Source of the DNA: Pelagomonas calceolata
Taxonomy: Eukaryota
Direction of reading: 5' to 3'
Length of the DNA stretch: 64,000 bases
Assembly (NCBI GenBank): GCA_918797485.1
Contig: CAKKNE010000001.1
Location: 6,138,001-6,202,000, forward strand
Shown: in pieces, positions 10,901 through 20,876 of the stretch
Layout of the letters: each line of letters starts with the position of its first letter
Numbering within the stretch: position 1 is the first letter of the stretch
Translations under genes and position numbers: made by a program
Notes under the pieces: model-generated
The model's input: the letters and a program-made list of their open reading frames with translations, nothing else
The model's database searches: none
What the model was told of the DNA's origin: nothing

Positions 10901-11704
10901 AAGCTCGCGACGGACTATAATCTGGACGTGTCGCTGTTCGAGCGCCTCGTGAAGAACGGCGTGCAGTCGACGATGCTCGAAACCCAAAGAAGGATGAAGC
11001 CGAACATTTCCAGATTCGTGAAGGAGATCTATCCCAATCTGCGGGACCACCCGTCGACGCGGGAGCGGCCGTCGATCCGCGGCCTCCAGAAGGACGTCTT
11101 CTTCCTGTCTCATCAAAACGCCGAGGATCAGGGGAGCGCCTCGAAGCAGAACCCGGCCGAGGCGAAGTTGGTTACTGCTTTCTGTCGGTATTTGGTAAGG
11201 GGGCCGCCGCGCTACGGCCAAGATAAAATTACCGTTCTAGCTACATATGTGGCCCAGGTCGGTTCATTAAGACGCAAGCTGCAGAGCGACGGGTTGGGCG
11301 ACGTGCGCGTGGCGTCCGTCGACAACTTCCAGGGCGAGGAGAACGACATCATTCTACTATCGCTCGTGCGGAACGACGGCCGGCCCGACGGCGCGAACCA
11401 CAAAAAGGCGACGATCGGGTTCCTGGCGACGTCCAACCGCGTCTGCGTGGCGCTGACGCGCGCGCGGAACGGGCTGTTTATTTTTGGCAACGCCGGCTTA
11501 CTGAGCGCGCGGTCGAAGCTCTGGAAGAACGCGCTGGACGACCTGCGCGGCCGCGGCGGCCTCGGGGGCGGCCTACCGCTCGTGCCGCGGTTCCGCGACG
11601 GCGACGACGCGGTGCGCTACGTGTCGTCGGCGCGCGACGTCGAGGCCGTGCTCGAGGACGTGGGGGAGGTGGTCCCTCCTCCGGCTCCCGTCGTCGAGGA
11701 GTGA
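7964..11704 (+). CDS. ZNFX1/Hrr1-like superfamily-1 (UPF1-like) RNA helicase with an N-terminal cold-shock-like domain
   Basis: YVATHFHLLRADFLGPLRDGL (ZNFX1-type), QGPPGAGKT, CEEAAEVLEAH, LIGDHEQLRP, SLFERL, VDNFQGEENDIILLSLVR and NRVCVALTRAR. The N-terminal LKGKI...KFGFI...LYFSF segment is CSD-like. Confidence 0.85.
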   Translation: MPPRRVLGPGGRRRLGPSKEATKSIGAGGGGSSKADGGARLKGKIAVLKRAEKFGFISPLTDGAFDDDAPPPKKLYFSFADCDCDPSRLREWQRVTYAPPAQGTDRASHIELDLVGSTPHLDETRFGHVDSILTNVRSHDSTNVERQSLAACDVTAATTFCVSLDAPSILLRPNEVCEVLSRDDLPFKAVESLVKALASQDAAEAASGAARVVYQTCSRSPLLLSGRGARAMLLRAGSRRQQQQGDAAMLLQVTIVAGACLDADRSCYENLQDLLEQIRDLVDERKRESSQDWVAARKEALAVLQRADALRADAKRLTSSSDADFRRVAPFPSRRDVTLARPLEDVVKNQITGEQASAEAYVATHFHLLRADFLGPLRDGLRAVSNGESSRDVDVYRTCALRGIIQRRGLLHRFECAGDREPWAKASWAKASEGQRKGRLMNGALVIVVDPTTLGEQTWVCAVVRSRELRKDKSLVIDLEVEGALAFGRSYSLVECTSTYFEAYRWVLNCLQAADLEAFAQNRVLQTFLRLPEEPPPPDYVFPQDEYVFGTEKRRVLDEDAWPVDGWGSLDKSQAAAVKRALTKSVAVIQGPPGAGKTHVGLEVMRLLLANVCGAKAKNPFVVMCATNHALDAFLEGVLEFESSIVRVGGRSSCEALADKNLRELSKAWREMDERAAEGSLLGAQHVRGRRALYGRLKTLEETITKLAKEAHALSKGASLQDLEQWLREGSDEDDFDPLGVTEEHLRSLCSRPCKDVLGTWLESDAPEKLLAKPPDIRSTKKVEPKVNTTEEEEPDPDAVDTKAAMADEADDVPKKREAVFLDIGMAPFVNAGNRKARRRGKRGPNAPPPPPNVGEDVWSWPLLQRRQAWAAWGSAIHRRRINELRSCAARAERTRREMERLDRDVDAEVLRAAKVVGLTTTSVAKRRDLLRLIGAEVLICEEAAEVLEAHVLAAVSATTKHVVLIGDHEQLRPGTAVYKLATDYNLDVSLFERLVKNGVQSTMLETQRRMKPNISRFVKEIYPNLRDHPSTRERPSIRGLQKDVFFLSHQNAEDQGSASKQNPAEAKLVTAFCRYLVRGPPRYGQDKITVLATYVAQVGSLRRKLQSDGLGDVRVASVDNFQGEENDIILLSLVRNDGRPDGANHKKATIGFLATSNRVCVALTRARNGLFIFGNAGLLSARSKLWKNALDDLRGRGGLGGGLPLVPRFRDGDDAVRYVSSARDVEAVLEDVGEVVPPPAPVVEE

Positions 11705-11734
11705 TGTTTACTTAGGTTATTAAGTTGTCATGGT

Positions 11735-14068
11735 TCAATGGAACTGGCCCCAGAAACTAATGCCCGGGCTCACGGGCTCCGCGTCGACGACGACGTTCCC
11801 GGGACTCGTCACGGCCTCGCCGTCGAGGACGGTGGCGTCGAGGAACGCGTTGGTGACCCGGACAAAGCCGGGCCATGTCTGGAATTCTTCGGGGTCCGGA
11901 TATGCGCCCCATCTTGCGCGCAACGCGGCGTTTTCCGGCTGGTTGTACCAGGCGGCTATCTGGTTGTAAATTTCCTCGAATTTCGGTGCCGAGGGCTCAG
12001 GCTCGGTGCGCTGGGAGGCCTCTTCCTGCTCCCCGAACAGGAACGAGGATAGCTTTCTCGTGAAGCCCGGGCGCTCGACGGTCTCCACAGCCACGGCTTT
12101 GGTGGCGAAGAGCGCCGCGGCGCGCGTCTCCAGGGCGTACTCGTCGGGATCTTCCCGTGGCGACTCTGCCGGCGGCAGCAGACCGCATTCATGTAGCAGT
12201 ATTCTCGTTCTGTAGCAGAGAAGGCGGCGGGCGGCGGCGACGTAAGTTTCGTCCTTCTTCTTCCTACAGCAGACGCATGCGCCGAAGCCAGCAAGAAGGA
12301 CAAGCACGATGATGATGATAAGTGTTGGTGAGTTGATATGGCATTGCTTTTTGTTGCCAATGAGACACGGCCGGGCGCGTGGTGACCATTCGCATAGTCC
12401 CAGCCCGTCCTTATAAGAGACGCCGCACGAGGTTTTTCTGCACTTGGTTTTCTCAAACGCACGAGGTTTTTCTGCATTTGGAGGGAGTCCTTTTACGCTG
12501 CTGTCCAGGCACCAGCCGAGGTCCTGGTTGAAGTCCTTTGCCCTCAAGAAGATATCTTCCATTGTTCTCACGGCACCAACGTCCCAGCCGCTGAGGTCCT
12601 GGTTAAACCTCTTGGCCGTGTCGAACATATCACTCATGTCTTTGACAGCGCCGGTTTGCCATTTGCCGATTGGTCCGTTAAACGACGAGGCGCCCTGGAA
12701 CATGCTCTCCATCGTTGTCACACCAGAGACGTCCCACGCTCCGATGTCCTCGTTAAAGGACGCTACGCCCGGATTGCTGTACGAGCCACAGTGTTCGGTG
12801 CACGTGTAAAACAAATTCCTCATGTTCGTCACCCTCCCAGTCTCCCACGTAGAAATGTGGCCGTACGTCGCCTCGGCGGCCGCCGCGTCCGCGAGCCACG
12901 CGGCGGCGGCCGTTTTGATGTTGCTGTCGTCCATTGCGTAGCCGGTAACTGCGCCAGGGCAGGTGTGCGTGATCCCCTGCGCGTCGGGCTTACTGACAAA
13001 TACACCGCAGTACGTCGACGCGCACTTGGCGTTACGGACGCTCAGACCCACGTCGTCGTCAAGGCACCAGCCGAGGTCCTGGTCGAAGGCCGAGGCGTCC
13101 TGGAACATGTAGCGCATGTCCGTGACGCTGTGGACGGCCCAATTACCGATGTCTCGGTTAAAGGCCAAGGCCATGTAGAACATCGCGTGCATCGTAGTGA
13201 CGCCGGAGGTGTCCCACGCGCCGATGTCCTCGTTAAAGGACGCCGCGGCCGTGTTGCAAGAATCCCACGAACCCCCACAAAACAAATACGACATGTCCGT
13301 CACCCCTGATGTCTCCCACGTCGAGATGTGGCCGTACGTCGCCTCGGCGGCCGCTGGGTTCGAGAGCCAGGCATCGACGGCCGTGCGAATGGTGTTGTCG
13401 TCCGCGACCAGTGGAGTTACTGTCGGCGCGGGCGTCATCGTTGGAGCCAGAGATGTTGTCGGCGCTAAAGTCGGCCGACAGGTGCCTTCCTCCATTGTAT
13501 AGACACCGCACGATGTCGACGCGCACGGGGTGTAGGAGAACGCGCTTCTCAGGTCCACGTCGTCGCCCACGCACCAGCCGAGGTCCTGGTCAAAGGCCGA
13601 GGCGGAGAAGAACATCGCGGACATCGTCGTAACTCCGGAGGTGTCCCACGCGCCGATGTCCTGGTTAAAGGCCGAGGCGTACCAGAACATGTTGCTCATG
13701 TCCGTAACGCTGTCGACGGCCCAACCACCGATGTCTCGGTTAAAGGCCGAAGCGTAGCCAAAAAAGTAGTACATGCTCGTAACGCCAGAGGTGTCCCACG
13801 CGCCGATGTCCTCGTTAAAGGACGATGCGCCCGAGTTGTAGCAACTGCTCCATGAATAGGAGCTATCGCAAAACAACTTCTTCATGTCCGTCACCCCCCC
13901 AGTCTCCCACGTAGAAATATGGCCGTACGTCGCCTCGGCGGCCGCCGGGTTCGAGAGCCAGGCATCGACGGCCGTGCGGATGCTGCTGTCGTCAAACACG
14001 TAGCCCGCGAGCGCACTCCGGGGGCTGCTAAAAGCGAGAGCGATGCCCATCAACGCCAGTCTCATCAT
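11735..14068 (-). CDS. DUF285/BspA-type (bacterial surface 26-residue repeat) membrane protein
   Basis: Signal peptide; three modules of '[14 protein letters not shown]' plus '[24 protein letters not shown]' repeats; TM segment [17 protein letters not shown]. Confidence 0.85.
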   Translation of the reverse strand: MMRLALMGIALAFSSPRSALAGYVFDDSSIRTAVDAWLSNPAAAEATYGHISTWETGGVTDMKKLFCDSSYSWSSCYNSGASSFNEDIGAWDTSGVTSMYYFFGYASAFNRDIGGWAVDSVTDMSNMFWYASAFNQDIGAWDTSGVTTMSAMFFSASAFDQDLGWCVGDDVDLRSAFSYTPCASTSCGVYTMEEGTCRPTLAPTTSLAPTMTPAPTVTPLVADDNTIRTAVDAWLSNPAAAEATYGHISTWETSGVTDMSYLFCGGSWDSCNTAAASFNEDIGAWDTSGVTTMHAMFYMALAFNRDIGNWAVHSVTDMRYMFQDASAFDQDLGWCLDDDVGLSVRNAKCASTYCGVFVSKPDAQGITHTCPGAVTGYAMDDSNIKTAAAAWLADAAAAEATYGHISTWETGRVTNMRNLFYTCTEHCGSYSNPGVASFNEDIGAWDVSGVTTMESMFQGASSFNGPIGKWQTGAVKDMSDMFDTAKRFNQDLSGWDVGAVRTMEDIFLRAKDFNQDLGWCLDSSVKGLPPNAEKPRAFEKTKCRKTSCGVSYKDGLGLCEWSPRARPCLIGNKKQCHINSPTLIIIIVLVLLAGFGACVCCRKKKDETYVAAARRLLCYRTRILLHECGLLPPAESPREDPDEYALETRAAALFATKAVAVETVERPGFTRKLSSFLFGEQEEASQRTEPEPSAPKFEEIYNQIAAWYNQPENAALRARWGAYPDPEEFQTWPGFVRVTNAFLDATVLDGEAVTSPGNVVVDAEPVSPGISFWGQFH

Positions 14069-14121
14069 GCCGCAGCTTCGGGCAGCCCACGCTCTGCGAT
14101 CGTTGCAAAAAAAAGTTGAGC

Positions 14122-14144
14122 CTAGTGTCTTACTGCACGCTAGC
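14122..14144 (+). promoter_or_regulatory. Recurrent intergenic motif, copy 2
   Basis: CTAGTGTCTTACtgcacGCTAGc lies between divergent starts at 14068(-) and 14226(+). Confidence 0.65.
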
Positions 14145-14225
14145 ACCGTTTTTTGGCGCAGCGCACCAGCAGCTCGCTAGCCGCCAGCGACAGATTTCCG
14201 GACAAAACAGCATCAATCAGGAGCC

Positions 14226-16160
14226 ATGTCCCGCCGCCGCTGCCCCATAGCCGCACACAGAGATGAGATCCTCTACGCCCTCGAGGACAAGGATGCCGTC
14301 GTCGTGATCGGCGCGGCCGGCAGCGGCAAGAGCACGCAGCTGCCGCGCTACTTGGTCGAGGGCGGCTGGGCGGCGCCGCCGCGCTGCGTCGTCAGCGCGC
14401 AGCCGCGGCGCGCTATTGCCTCGGACGTCGCGACGCGCATCGCGGACGATCTGGGCTGCGACCGCGTGGGCGACGCGGTCGGATTGGCGGCGGCGGGCGA
14501 CGAGCGCTGGGACGCGTCGAGGACGCGGATCCTCGTCGCGACGGACGGCTGGCTATTGAGGACCGCGCTGCTCGATCCTCTGCTGAAGCACTTTTCTGTC
14601 GTTGTGGTGGACGAGGCGCACGAGCGGACCCTGAACCAGGACCTGCTGATGGGCCTCGTGAAGAAGGTCCAGAAACGAAGGAAGGAATTGGGCGATCCGT
14701 TGCGAGTGGTCATAGCGCTCGCGGACCGAGATAACGACGTGGAAAAGTTCTTTGGGAGACAAAATACCGCCATAGCGCACGTCGACGGCCGGCGGGACGT
14801 CGTCGACGTCTTCCACAGCGACGCGCCGCGCGGGTCCGACTACGTGTCCGCCGCGGCCGACGCCGCGCACCAGGCCCACGAGGAGGACAAGCAGCGGGGC
14901 GGCTGCATTCTGGTCTTCCTCCCGGGGGCGCGCGAGGTCGACGAGTGCTGCCAATTGTTGAAGGCGGTGCTAAGAGATGGCAACAAGCCCGCGGATTTGA
15001 TTGGCGTCTACGCCGGGGCGGACAAGCGCGCGTTGAAGCAGGCGGCCATGCCGTCCTCGCGACGGCGGATCTGCGTCGCGACGAGCATCGCGGAGACCTC
15101 CGTGGCCGTCGCGGATGTGCGAGTCGTGATCGACGCCGGCTTCGAGCGCCTGCCCGTCTTCGACGAAAACGCCAACGCTGAGGTGGTCGCGACGACCTAC
15201 GCGTCGCAGCAGACGGCCGATCGACGGGCCGCGCGCGCCGGCAGTTCCGGTGAGGCGGGCAAGTGCTACCGGCTCTACACGGAGGAGGCCTTCCGGACGA
15301 TCCTCCCCGCGAAGCACGAGCCCGCGTCGCGGCGGTCGGAGCTCGCTGCCGCCATGCTTCAATTGAAGGCGGTCGGCGTGTCGAACGTCCTGGATTTCGA
15401 CTGGCCGTCGCCGCCTACCGAACTATTGATCTGCGCCGCGTTCGAGGAGCTGCTGGCCTTGCGCGCCATCGACGATCAGGGCGAGCTGACCAAGCCCGAC
15501 GGGGCGCGGCTGGCGCTGGCGCCGTGCGGCCCGCGGACGGCGCGGTTTTTGCTCGCGTCATTGGAAGCGGGCTGCTCCGAGGAGGCCTTGGACGTCGCCT
15601 GTGTCCTGGCGACGAAGCGGACTCTAAGACGGACCGATCGGCGCGTCAAGGAGGAGCAGAAACGATTGTTCAGGGATGAAATTGTCGACCTCGATGGGGA
15701 CCACGCGACTTATGTCAAAGCACTGCGGGCGTTCCGCGAGTCGCCGCACCCCGAGCAGTTCTGCTCCGAGCGGGCCATGGACTCGGGGACACTGCGGTCA
15801 GCTGAGCGGTCGAAGCCCAACTTGGAGCGCTGGTTGTCGGAGATGGCCAAGGAGGACGGCGTCGTGCTGGCGTCGTGCGGCGAGGACGGGGACAGCCTGC
15901 GGAAAGCGCTATGTGCGGGGTTCTTCGCTCGCGCGGCCAGGTTCGGCGCCGACGCGACGTTTCGCACTCTAAGGGCCGACCGGGAAATTGGCCTGCACCC
16001 CCTCTCGGTGCACGCGGAGTTCGGGACGCCGCCGGAGTACGTCGTCTTCTGCGACTTTGGACTGGACGCCGACGGCGCGTCCGTCGCGCGGCACGTGTCG
16101 CGGTGTGATCCACGCGTTTTGATCGCTGAGGCCGGGGAATATTACGAGCTTCGTGGGTAG
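14226..16160 (+). CDS. DEAH-box RNA helicase, DHX35-like
   Basis: GAAGSGKSTQLP, QPRR, VVDEAHERT, LVFLPG, ATSIAETS and GKCYRLYTE, followed by an HA2/OB-like C-terminus. Confidence 0.85.
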   Translation: MSRRRCPIAAHRDEILYALEDKDAVVVIGAAGSGKSTQLPRYLVEGGWAAPPRCVVSAQPRRAIASDVATRIADDLGCDRVGDAVGLAAAGDERWDASRTRILVATDGWLLRTALLDPLLKHFSVVVVDEAHERTLNQDLLMGLVKKVQKRRKELGDPLRVVIALADRDNDVEKFFGRQNTAIAHVDGRRDVVDVFHSDAPRGSDYVSAAADAAHQAHEEDKQRGGCILVFLPGAREVDECCQLLKAVLRDGNKPADLIGVYAGADKRALKQAAMPSSRRRICVATSIAETSVAVADVRVVIDAGFERLPVFDENANAEVVATTYASQQTADRRAARAGSSGEAGKCYRLYTEEAFRTILPAKHEPASRRSELAAAMLQLKAVGVSNVLDFDWPSPPTELLICAAFEELLALRAIDDQGELTKPDGARLALAPCGPRTARFLLASLEAGCSEEALDVACVLATKRTLRRTDRRVKEEQKRLFRDEIVDLDGDHATYVKALRAFRESPHPEQFCSERAMDSGTLRSAERSKPNLERWLSEMAKEDGVVLASCGEDGDSLRKALCAGFFARAARFGADATFRTLRADREIGLHPLSVHAEFGTPPEYVVFCDFGLDADGASVARHVSRCDPRVLIAEAGEYYELRG

Positions 16161-16318
16161 GTGTTTGTTTTGTACTTATGCTTTTTTTCGGAGAGACTAA
16201 GGACGTGGGATGCCGCTGGACATGCGCGCATCTCTAGTAGTCATGATATAAATAAATGAGCTTAGTTTAAGTAGTGTGTCGAAGCTCCGACGACGCGACG
16301 TGCGCACCGCGAGACAAA

Positions 16319-19300
16319 TTAGGACTCCAGCTCCTCGGCCATGGGTTCGGTAGCAAGGAAGTCCGCCGCCGTGACGTCCTTGAGCGCGGCAGAGACGGCC
16401 TCGCGATCCTGCTTCCACCCCGGCCGCGGATCCGTTTTGTTGTTTACCGCGAAACCGATTACGTTGGCCAGGGATCGCCAGGCGTTATTCCGACGATTTT
16501 GAGCAGTTGCACTACTATCAGTACGCAGTTTTTCAATGGCCCTGTCTAGGAAATCGTGCGCGAGTTCTTTGGGGAGCGCCTTCGTCGAGTAGCACGCCAC
16601 AGCGCCCGGGTGCGTGTGCGTGCGCGCGACCATTTTCTGCCACTGCGCCGCGAGCTTTTGCACTGCCTCCCGCGAGGCGTCCGCTATCTTCGCGTCGTCG
16701 TCGCCCTCGTCGTCGGGCGGGCCGACCCCGCGCCGCGCCATGACCCGACGCAGCTCCGTCTCTGTCAGGTCAGCGAGGGCGGCGTCTTCCGCCAGTTCGA
16801 TCACGGCGCCTTCGGCCAGTTCCCGCGGCGTCGGGGCTCCCAGGTGGAGCGGGCGCGCCAAACCATGAGGTATATTCCAGTCGCCCCCCCCCCCTTTTTT
16901 TTTTTTACGTTGGGAGTTCATTTTTCTGTATGCTTCTTCGAAGGTGCAGTAATCAAAGGCCTGGTTCATGAACCGCTCCGCCGTGAGATAATTGCCGGCT
17001 TCTGGGAACGCGGGCGGAACAGTAGCGTTGGTCGCGTCGAGCGCGACGCGCAACATGCGCAGGTGCGGCGTGGCGAAGCAAGGGGCTAGCCAATTCAAAG
17101 CAGCCACGCCACGGGATGTTCCCCAGTCGGCAAACGGATACACGACATGCTGGTAGCCAGTAACGGCGCGGTTGTAGCGCCAGTGCGGCGTTCCGTCGGC
17201 CGCCAACCGGACGCGGTTCAAGCACTCTTTGGAGATGAGGTGCAGCTTATACTCAAATGCGTACAGGTCACGGGGCCCACTCAGTGATGCGAACACGACT
17301 TTTTCTCTATTGAAAATGACAACACCGCGCCGGCCGGCCTGGCCGCTGATGATGTGTCGAGCCACGACGAAGAAGGATTCGGACTTCTCGTAAGCTCTGT
17401 CGCCCATGCGCTTGCGGAGTTTCTCGAAGGCATTTCTACACGTATCTCCAGGCCATACAGAGATGGAGCGATCTAGACCGAAGCGCTTGAGGCGCTCGGT
17501 GAAATTATTCTCGGGCGGGCCCAGCGCCGAAGCGAGGCCGACGTTAGGCTCAATGGCCCAGGACGGCACCGGCAGGACGACCATGTATTCCCAGATCGAC
17601 TCACATGCGCTGTGGTGGCGCAGATCTCCAGTGCACTCGTAGCAGCACACGCTGTCGCCGCGCTTCTCGTAAATCTTGACGCCACTCGCGACCTTGCGCG
17701 GCGAATCCGCAACCAGGTGCTGCTCGCATTCTTTGTCAAAGTAGAGATTTTTAATCGACACCACCCGCGACTCGAACGAGTACCACTCCAGCGCCGTGCT
17801 CACAAAGCCCTGCTCGCCGCACGTGACCTCGGTGCTGCCAAACATACGATCGAGCCAGAAGAGCGCGTCACGCAGATCCATAACATCGACGCCATAATGT
17901 TCTATCGCGAGGAATTGCGCAAACTTAAAACCGGTGATGCACGTGCACCAGCCGACGCTCTCGGCGGTCCCGGAACGTAGCGTGAGCGCAATGCGGACGA
18001 GTTCCTTGGCCGGCCCTTCGGGGAGCGCCCTAAAGCACTTGCGAACGCGCTCATCTATAGAAGGATCGTCGAGCAGCCGATCCCAGATCTCACAATGCAT
18101 GGCGAAGCTGTGCGAGATGCGGGGACCATTATGGGCAAGCTGCGTTTCATCGGGCGCCGAGCCAAAGGCCGTGTTCCACTCGGTCAGGGGCAGCACGTCC
18201 CGCCCCAAGAACGGTATCGTGCACATGTCGACATATGTGCGCAGCGGCCATCCCGGCATGCGCACGCCATCGGGCCGCCACGCAAATGGATCGAACTGTG
18301 TGGACATCAACCAGTGACTCAGGTTACGGACAACGTCGCGTCGATGGCGTGGCCCTCTTTTTTGAACAATAAATAAGGCACTGTCGTCGACGGGCTGGAT
18401 CAGGCTTCTACTTTCAGAATCTTCGTGGACTGGCAGCGGCCACTGACTTAGTTTCACGTTCGCCAGTTTCCGGATTGCGTGTATGAGTTTTCCACCTTCT
18501 TCATTTGGTCTGTGGATGACGGACAGGTTCGCATATCTACGGCGAAAGATCTGCCCGTTGGCAACGAGCTGCCTCATGGCATCCTCTTCTCCAAGTTGTT
18601 CTACCAGGCGTTCTTTTTGTCTGCCCGTATAAGCATCAAAAGCCTCCCACAAAAGAGGCTCGTAGAACACATCTTCGAAAGCTTTGCCGCACGCGACGGC
18701 GATGCGTTGATAATCGGAGTTCATGGATACTTCGTGCCACTTCTTCAACTCTTCAGGGTCCCAGGCAGCGGCCTTGACGACTTTGATGTCTGCTTTCTCG
18801 TCAGGCCACCGGAGGCGGTCCAAAGAATCATGAAACACTAAGCGGACTTCGAGCTCGCTGTCTAGGGCCCCTCGTCGAGTACACCGAAGCACAACAGCGT
18901 CGAACCACTCAGACGGTCGCGTCTTGTCGTTCCCCAGATACGTGTTCACTTTTATCTTTGAATTGACGGCCGGCGGCAGATTCGGGTACTCGTTGCCTTT
19001 CTCTCGTAAAGCTTCATGATCCGGATCAATCAAGGACGCGCGCTCGTGGCCCCAGAGGCTCCGGAGCCTCCGGACCTTTCGATACATCGCGACGTACCAG
19101 GGCTCCGCGGTCTTCTTTGCCGGCATGTGCGGGTGCGTCAGGTACTTGAATATGCGTTTCAATATTTTGTCGTCGAATCGTGTTTCTCCCGCTAATAACG
19201 CGCGGAGGCCTTCGCGCCCGCCTTCTCGCTCCGCAAAGGACAGCCGGTGTCTTCTGAGCCGGTGTCTTCTGTTATTCACGGAGAGCGTCGTCCACACTGA

Positions 19301-19432
19301 ATACTCTCTGGAAATGGACTCCACTGAATACTCGTCGGACACCGATTCCTCCGTCCGCCACACTGGGCTCCCAGAGATAATTTCGAGATCTTCTACGTCT
19401 GGCGTTGTAACTCTCGTAATGGCGGCGCCCAT
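16319..19432 (-). CDS. Large hypothetical protein (~1037 aa) with possible Tudor-like and SAP-like segments
   Basis: Uninterrupted ORF with first ATG at 19432. SH3/Tudor-like VNSKIKV...WFDAVVL...VRLVFHD and SAP-like LADLTETELRRVMARRGV. May contain an in-frame introner relic near 18296. Confidence 0.65.
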   Translation of the reverse strand: MGAAITRVTTPDVEDLEIISGSPVWRTEESVSDEYSVESISREYSVWTTLSVNNRRHRLRRHRLSFAEREGGREGLRALLAGETRFDDKILKRIFKYLTHPHMPAKKTAEPWYVAMYRKVRRLRSLWGHERASLIDPDHEALREKGNEYPNLPPAVNSKIKVNTYLGNDKTRPSEWFDAVVLRCTRRGALDSELEVRLVFHDSLDRLRWPDEKADIKVVKAAAWDPEELKKWHEVSMNSDYQRIAVACGKAFEDVFYEPLLWEAFDAYTGRQKERLVEQLGEEDAMRQLVANGQIFRRRYANLSVIHRPNEEGGKLIHAIRKLANVKLSQWPLPVHEDSESRSLIQPVDDSALFIVQKRGPRHRRDVVRNLSHWLMSTQFDPFAWRPDGVRMPGWPLRTYVDMCTIPFLGRDVLPLTEWNTAFGSAPDETQLAHNGPRISHSFAMHCEIWDRLLDDPSIDERVRKCFRALPEGPAKELVRIALTLRSGTAESVGWCTCITGFKFAQFLAIEHYGVDVMDLRDALFWLDRMFGSTEVTCGEQGFVSTALEWYSFESRVVSIKNLYFDKECEQHLVADSPRKVASGVKIYEKRGDSVCCYECTGDLRHHSACESIWEYMVVLPVPSWAIEPNVGLASALGPPENNFTERLKRFGLDRSISVWPGDTCRNAFEKLRKRMGDRAYEKSESFFVVARHIISGQAGRRGVVIFNREKVVFASLSGPRDLYAFEYKLHLISKECLNRVRLAADGTPHWRYNRAVTGYQHVVYPFADWGTSRGVAALNWLAPCFATPHLRMLRVALDATNATVPPAFPEAGNYLTAERFMNQAFDYCTFEEAYRKMNSQRKKKKGGGGDWNIPHGLARPLHLGAPTPRELAEGAVIELAEDAALADLTETELRRVMARRGVGPPDDEGDDDAKIADASREAVQKLAAQWQKMVARTHTHPGAVACYSTKALPKELAHDFLDRAIEKLRTDSSATAQNRRNNAWRSLANVIGFAVNNKTDPRPGWKQDREAVSAALKDVTAADFLATEPMAEELES
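18296..18352. mobile_element. Partial or decayed introner (one TIR plus internal motif)
   Basis: CTGTGTGGACATCAACCAGTG matches the family end and GTCGCGTCGATGGCGTGG matches the internal motif. No second TIR or TSD found. Confidence 0.55.
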
Positions 19433-19692
19433 CTTGCTTGGGCCCGCAGCTCGTCTACACGCGCGCAGCGCGTGTCTTGGCAGAGCACCCCTCGCTCTTG
19501 GAGTAGAGAGCAGTCGAAGGCCTGCGCGGTGACGGTCGCATTTGTGGGCGTTCTCGAACCATCCCACGCGTGAGCTCTCGCAGCGTCAATCAGTAGTACG
19601 TGAAGCACACGCCCTTCTCTCAAACCTCTCACGAGCACTTCGTTGTGGCGCTCGTCTTCGCGTCCACTTGTAGTAGGCGTTCAAGACGATCG

Positions 19693-19880
19693 GCCGGACG
19701 GCGGCCGGGCCAGGTCGTCGACGCGCGGCGCCAGCGCCACGCCCACGACGCGCCGCCTCGCACAGGCCCGCCGGAACGGCGCGTAGGGCCAGCGACGCGA
19801 CGCGCAGCGCCGGTCCGCGGCGGCGCCGGCGCTGCCGGACGGCGGCCGGGCCAGGTCGTCGGCGCGCGGCGCCACGCCCT
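19693..19880. repeat. ~45-bp direct repeat, copies at 19693 and 19834
   Basis: gccggacggcggccgggccaggtcgtcg[a/g]cgcgcggcgcca occurs twice, 141 bp apart. Confidence 0.8.
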
Positions 19881-20690
19881 CGACGCACCGGCTCGCGGCG
19901 CCGAGCGAGTGCCGCGTGTACGCCCAGGATCGACGCGTCGCCGAGCAGCGCCTTTGCCGCGGCCGCACCCGCGCGGCTCTCGATCACCACTAAAGCTAAA
20001 AAGTAGAAGGCACCTCCTCTTTTTTATTTACGCACTGCTCGCGACGACTACGATGCTGTCCTCGAAGGTACGACCCGACCTGCGCGCGGGCGCGGCGTTA
20101 TGTCGAGCCTCCTGGTAACGAGGGGCGTGTCCTCCCAGAAGCTCTCTGGGGGCAGGAGGCCAGCGCCGCGGGCCCCGCGGGGGGTCTCGCCGGTGTGTCG
20201 TCCGCCGGACGTGTCCTTCTTTGACCGGTAAGCGTCTCTGATGGCGCAAATGAGATAAAAAAGGCCCCTGGTGCTGCGCAAGTGCAGCCCATGGTGTGAA
20301 TTTCAAGGCGTCTGATGCTTTGGTGTACCACGCTGTCTTGTGCCAGTCGCTGGCGCGCGGCGGTGCTTGCTAGCAAGAGGGGCCTTTTGACCAAACTCAC
20401 CTTCGTAATTGCCAGTATATGACATACTAGCATCCATGTTGTTTTGGGCATGATTGGCTGCCCCACGAGGCGCGGCGGCCTCGGGTGCTGCTTGAAGGCT
20501 TGTCAGCCTGCCGAACGACTCACTGAATGAGCCATTTAGTTGTTGGGGCTGCCTCTGCTTGCGCACGAGCACAGCCCTTAGCACTGTTTGCTCCGACGGC
20601 AAAGCAGTTTCATTTTTGATGTGCGACGACTACCATTCCCGGGGGGCGGCAGGAGCGCCTCCTTTACGCGCTGGGAGGGCTTGCTTGTTT

Positions 20691-20713
20691 GCTAGTGTCT
20701 TACAGCCGCTAGC
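20691..20713 (+). promoter_or_regulatory. Recurrent intergenic motif, copy 3
   Basis: gCTAGTGTCTTACagccGCTAGc lies ~165 bp upstream of ATG 20877. Confidence 0.65.
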
Positions 20714-20876
20714 TCGGCGGCGCGCGCGCGGGTGTTTTGTGTTTAAAACAGACACGCATATCAACTATTGACAGTGGCTGTGTGTAGCTCTTCATCGCTG
20801 CCGGCGGATCTGCGACCTTAAGGCACGCGCGGTACGCAGCCAGCGCTTGAGCGGCAGAAGCTGCTCGCAGATCGCG

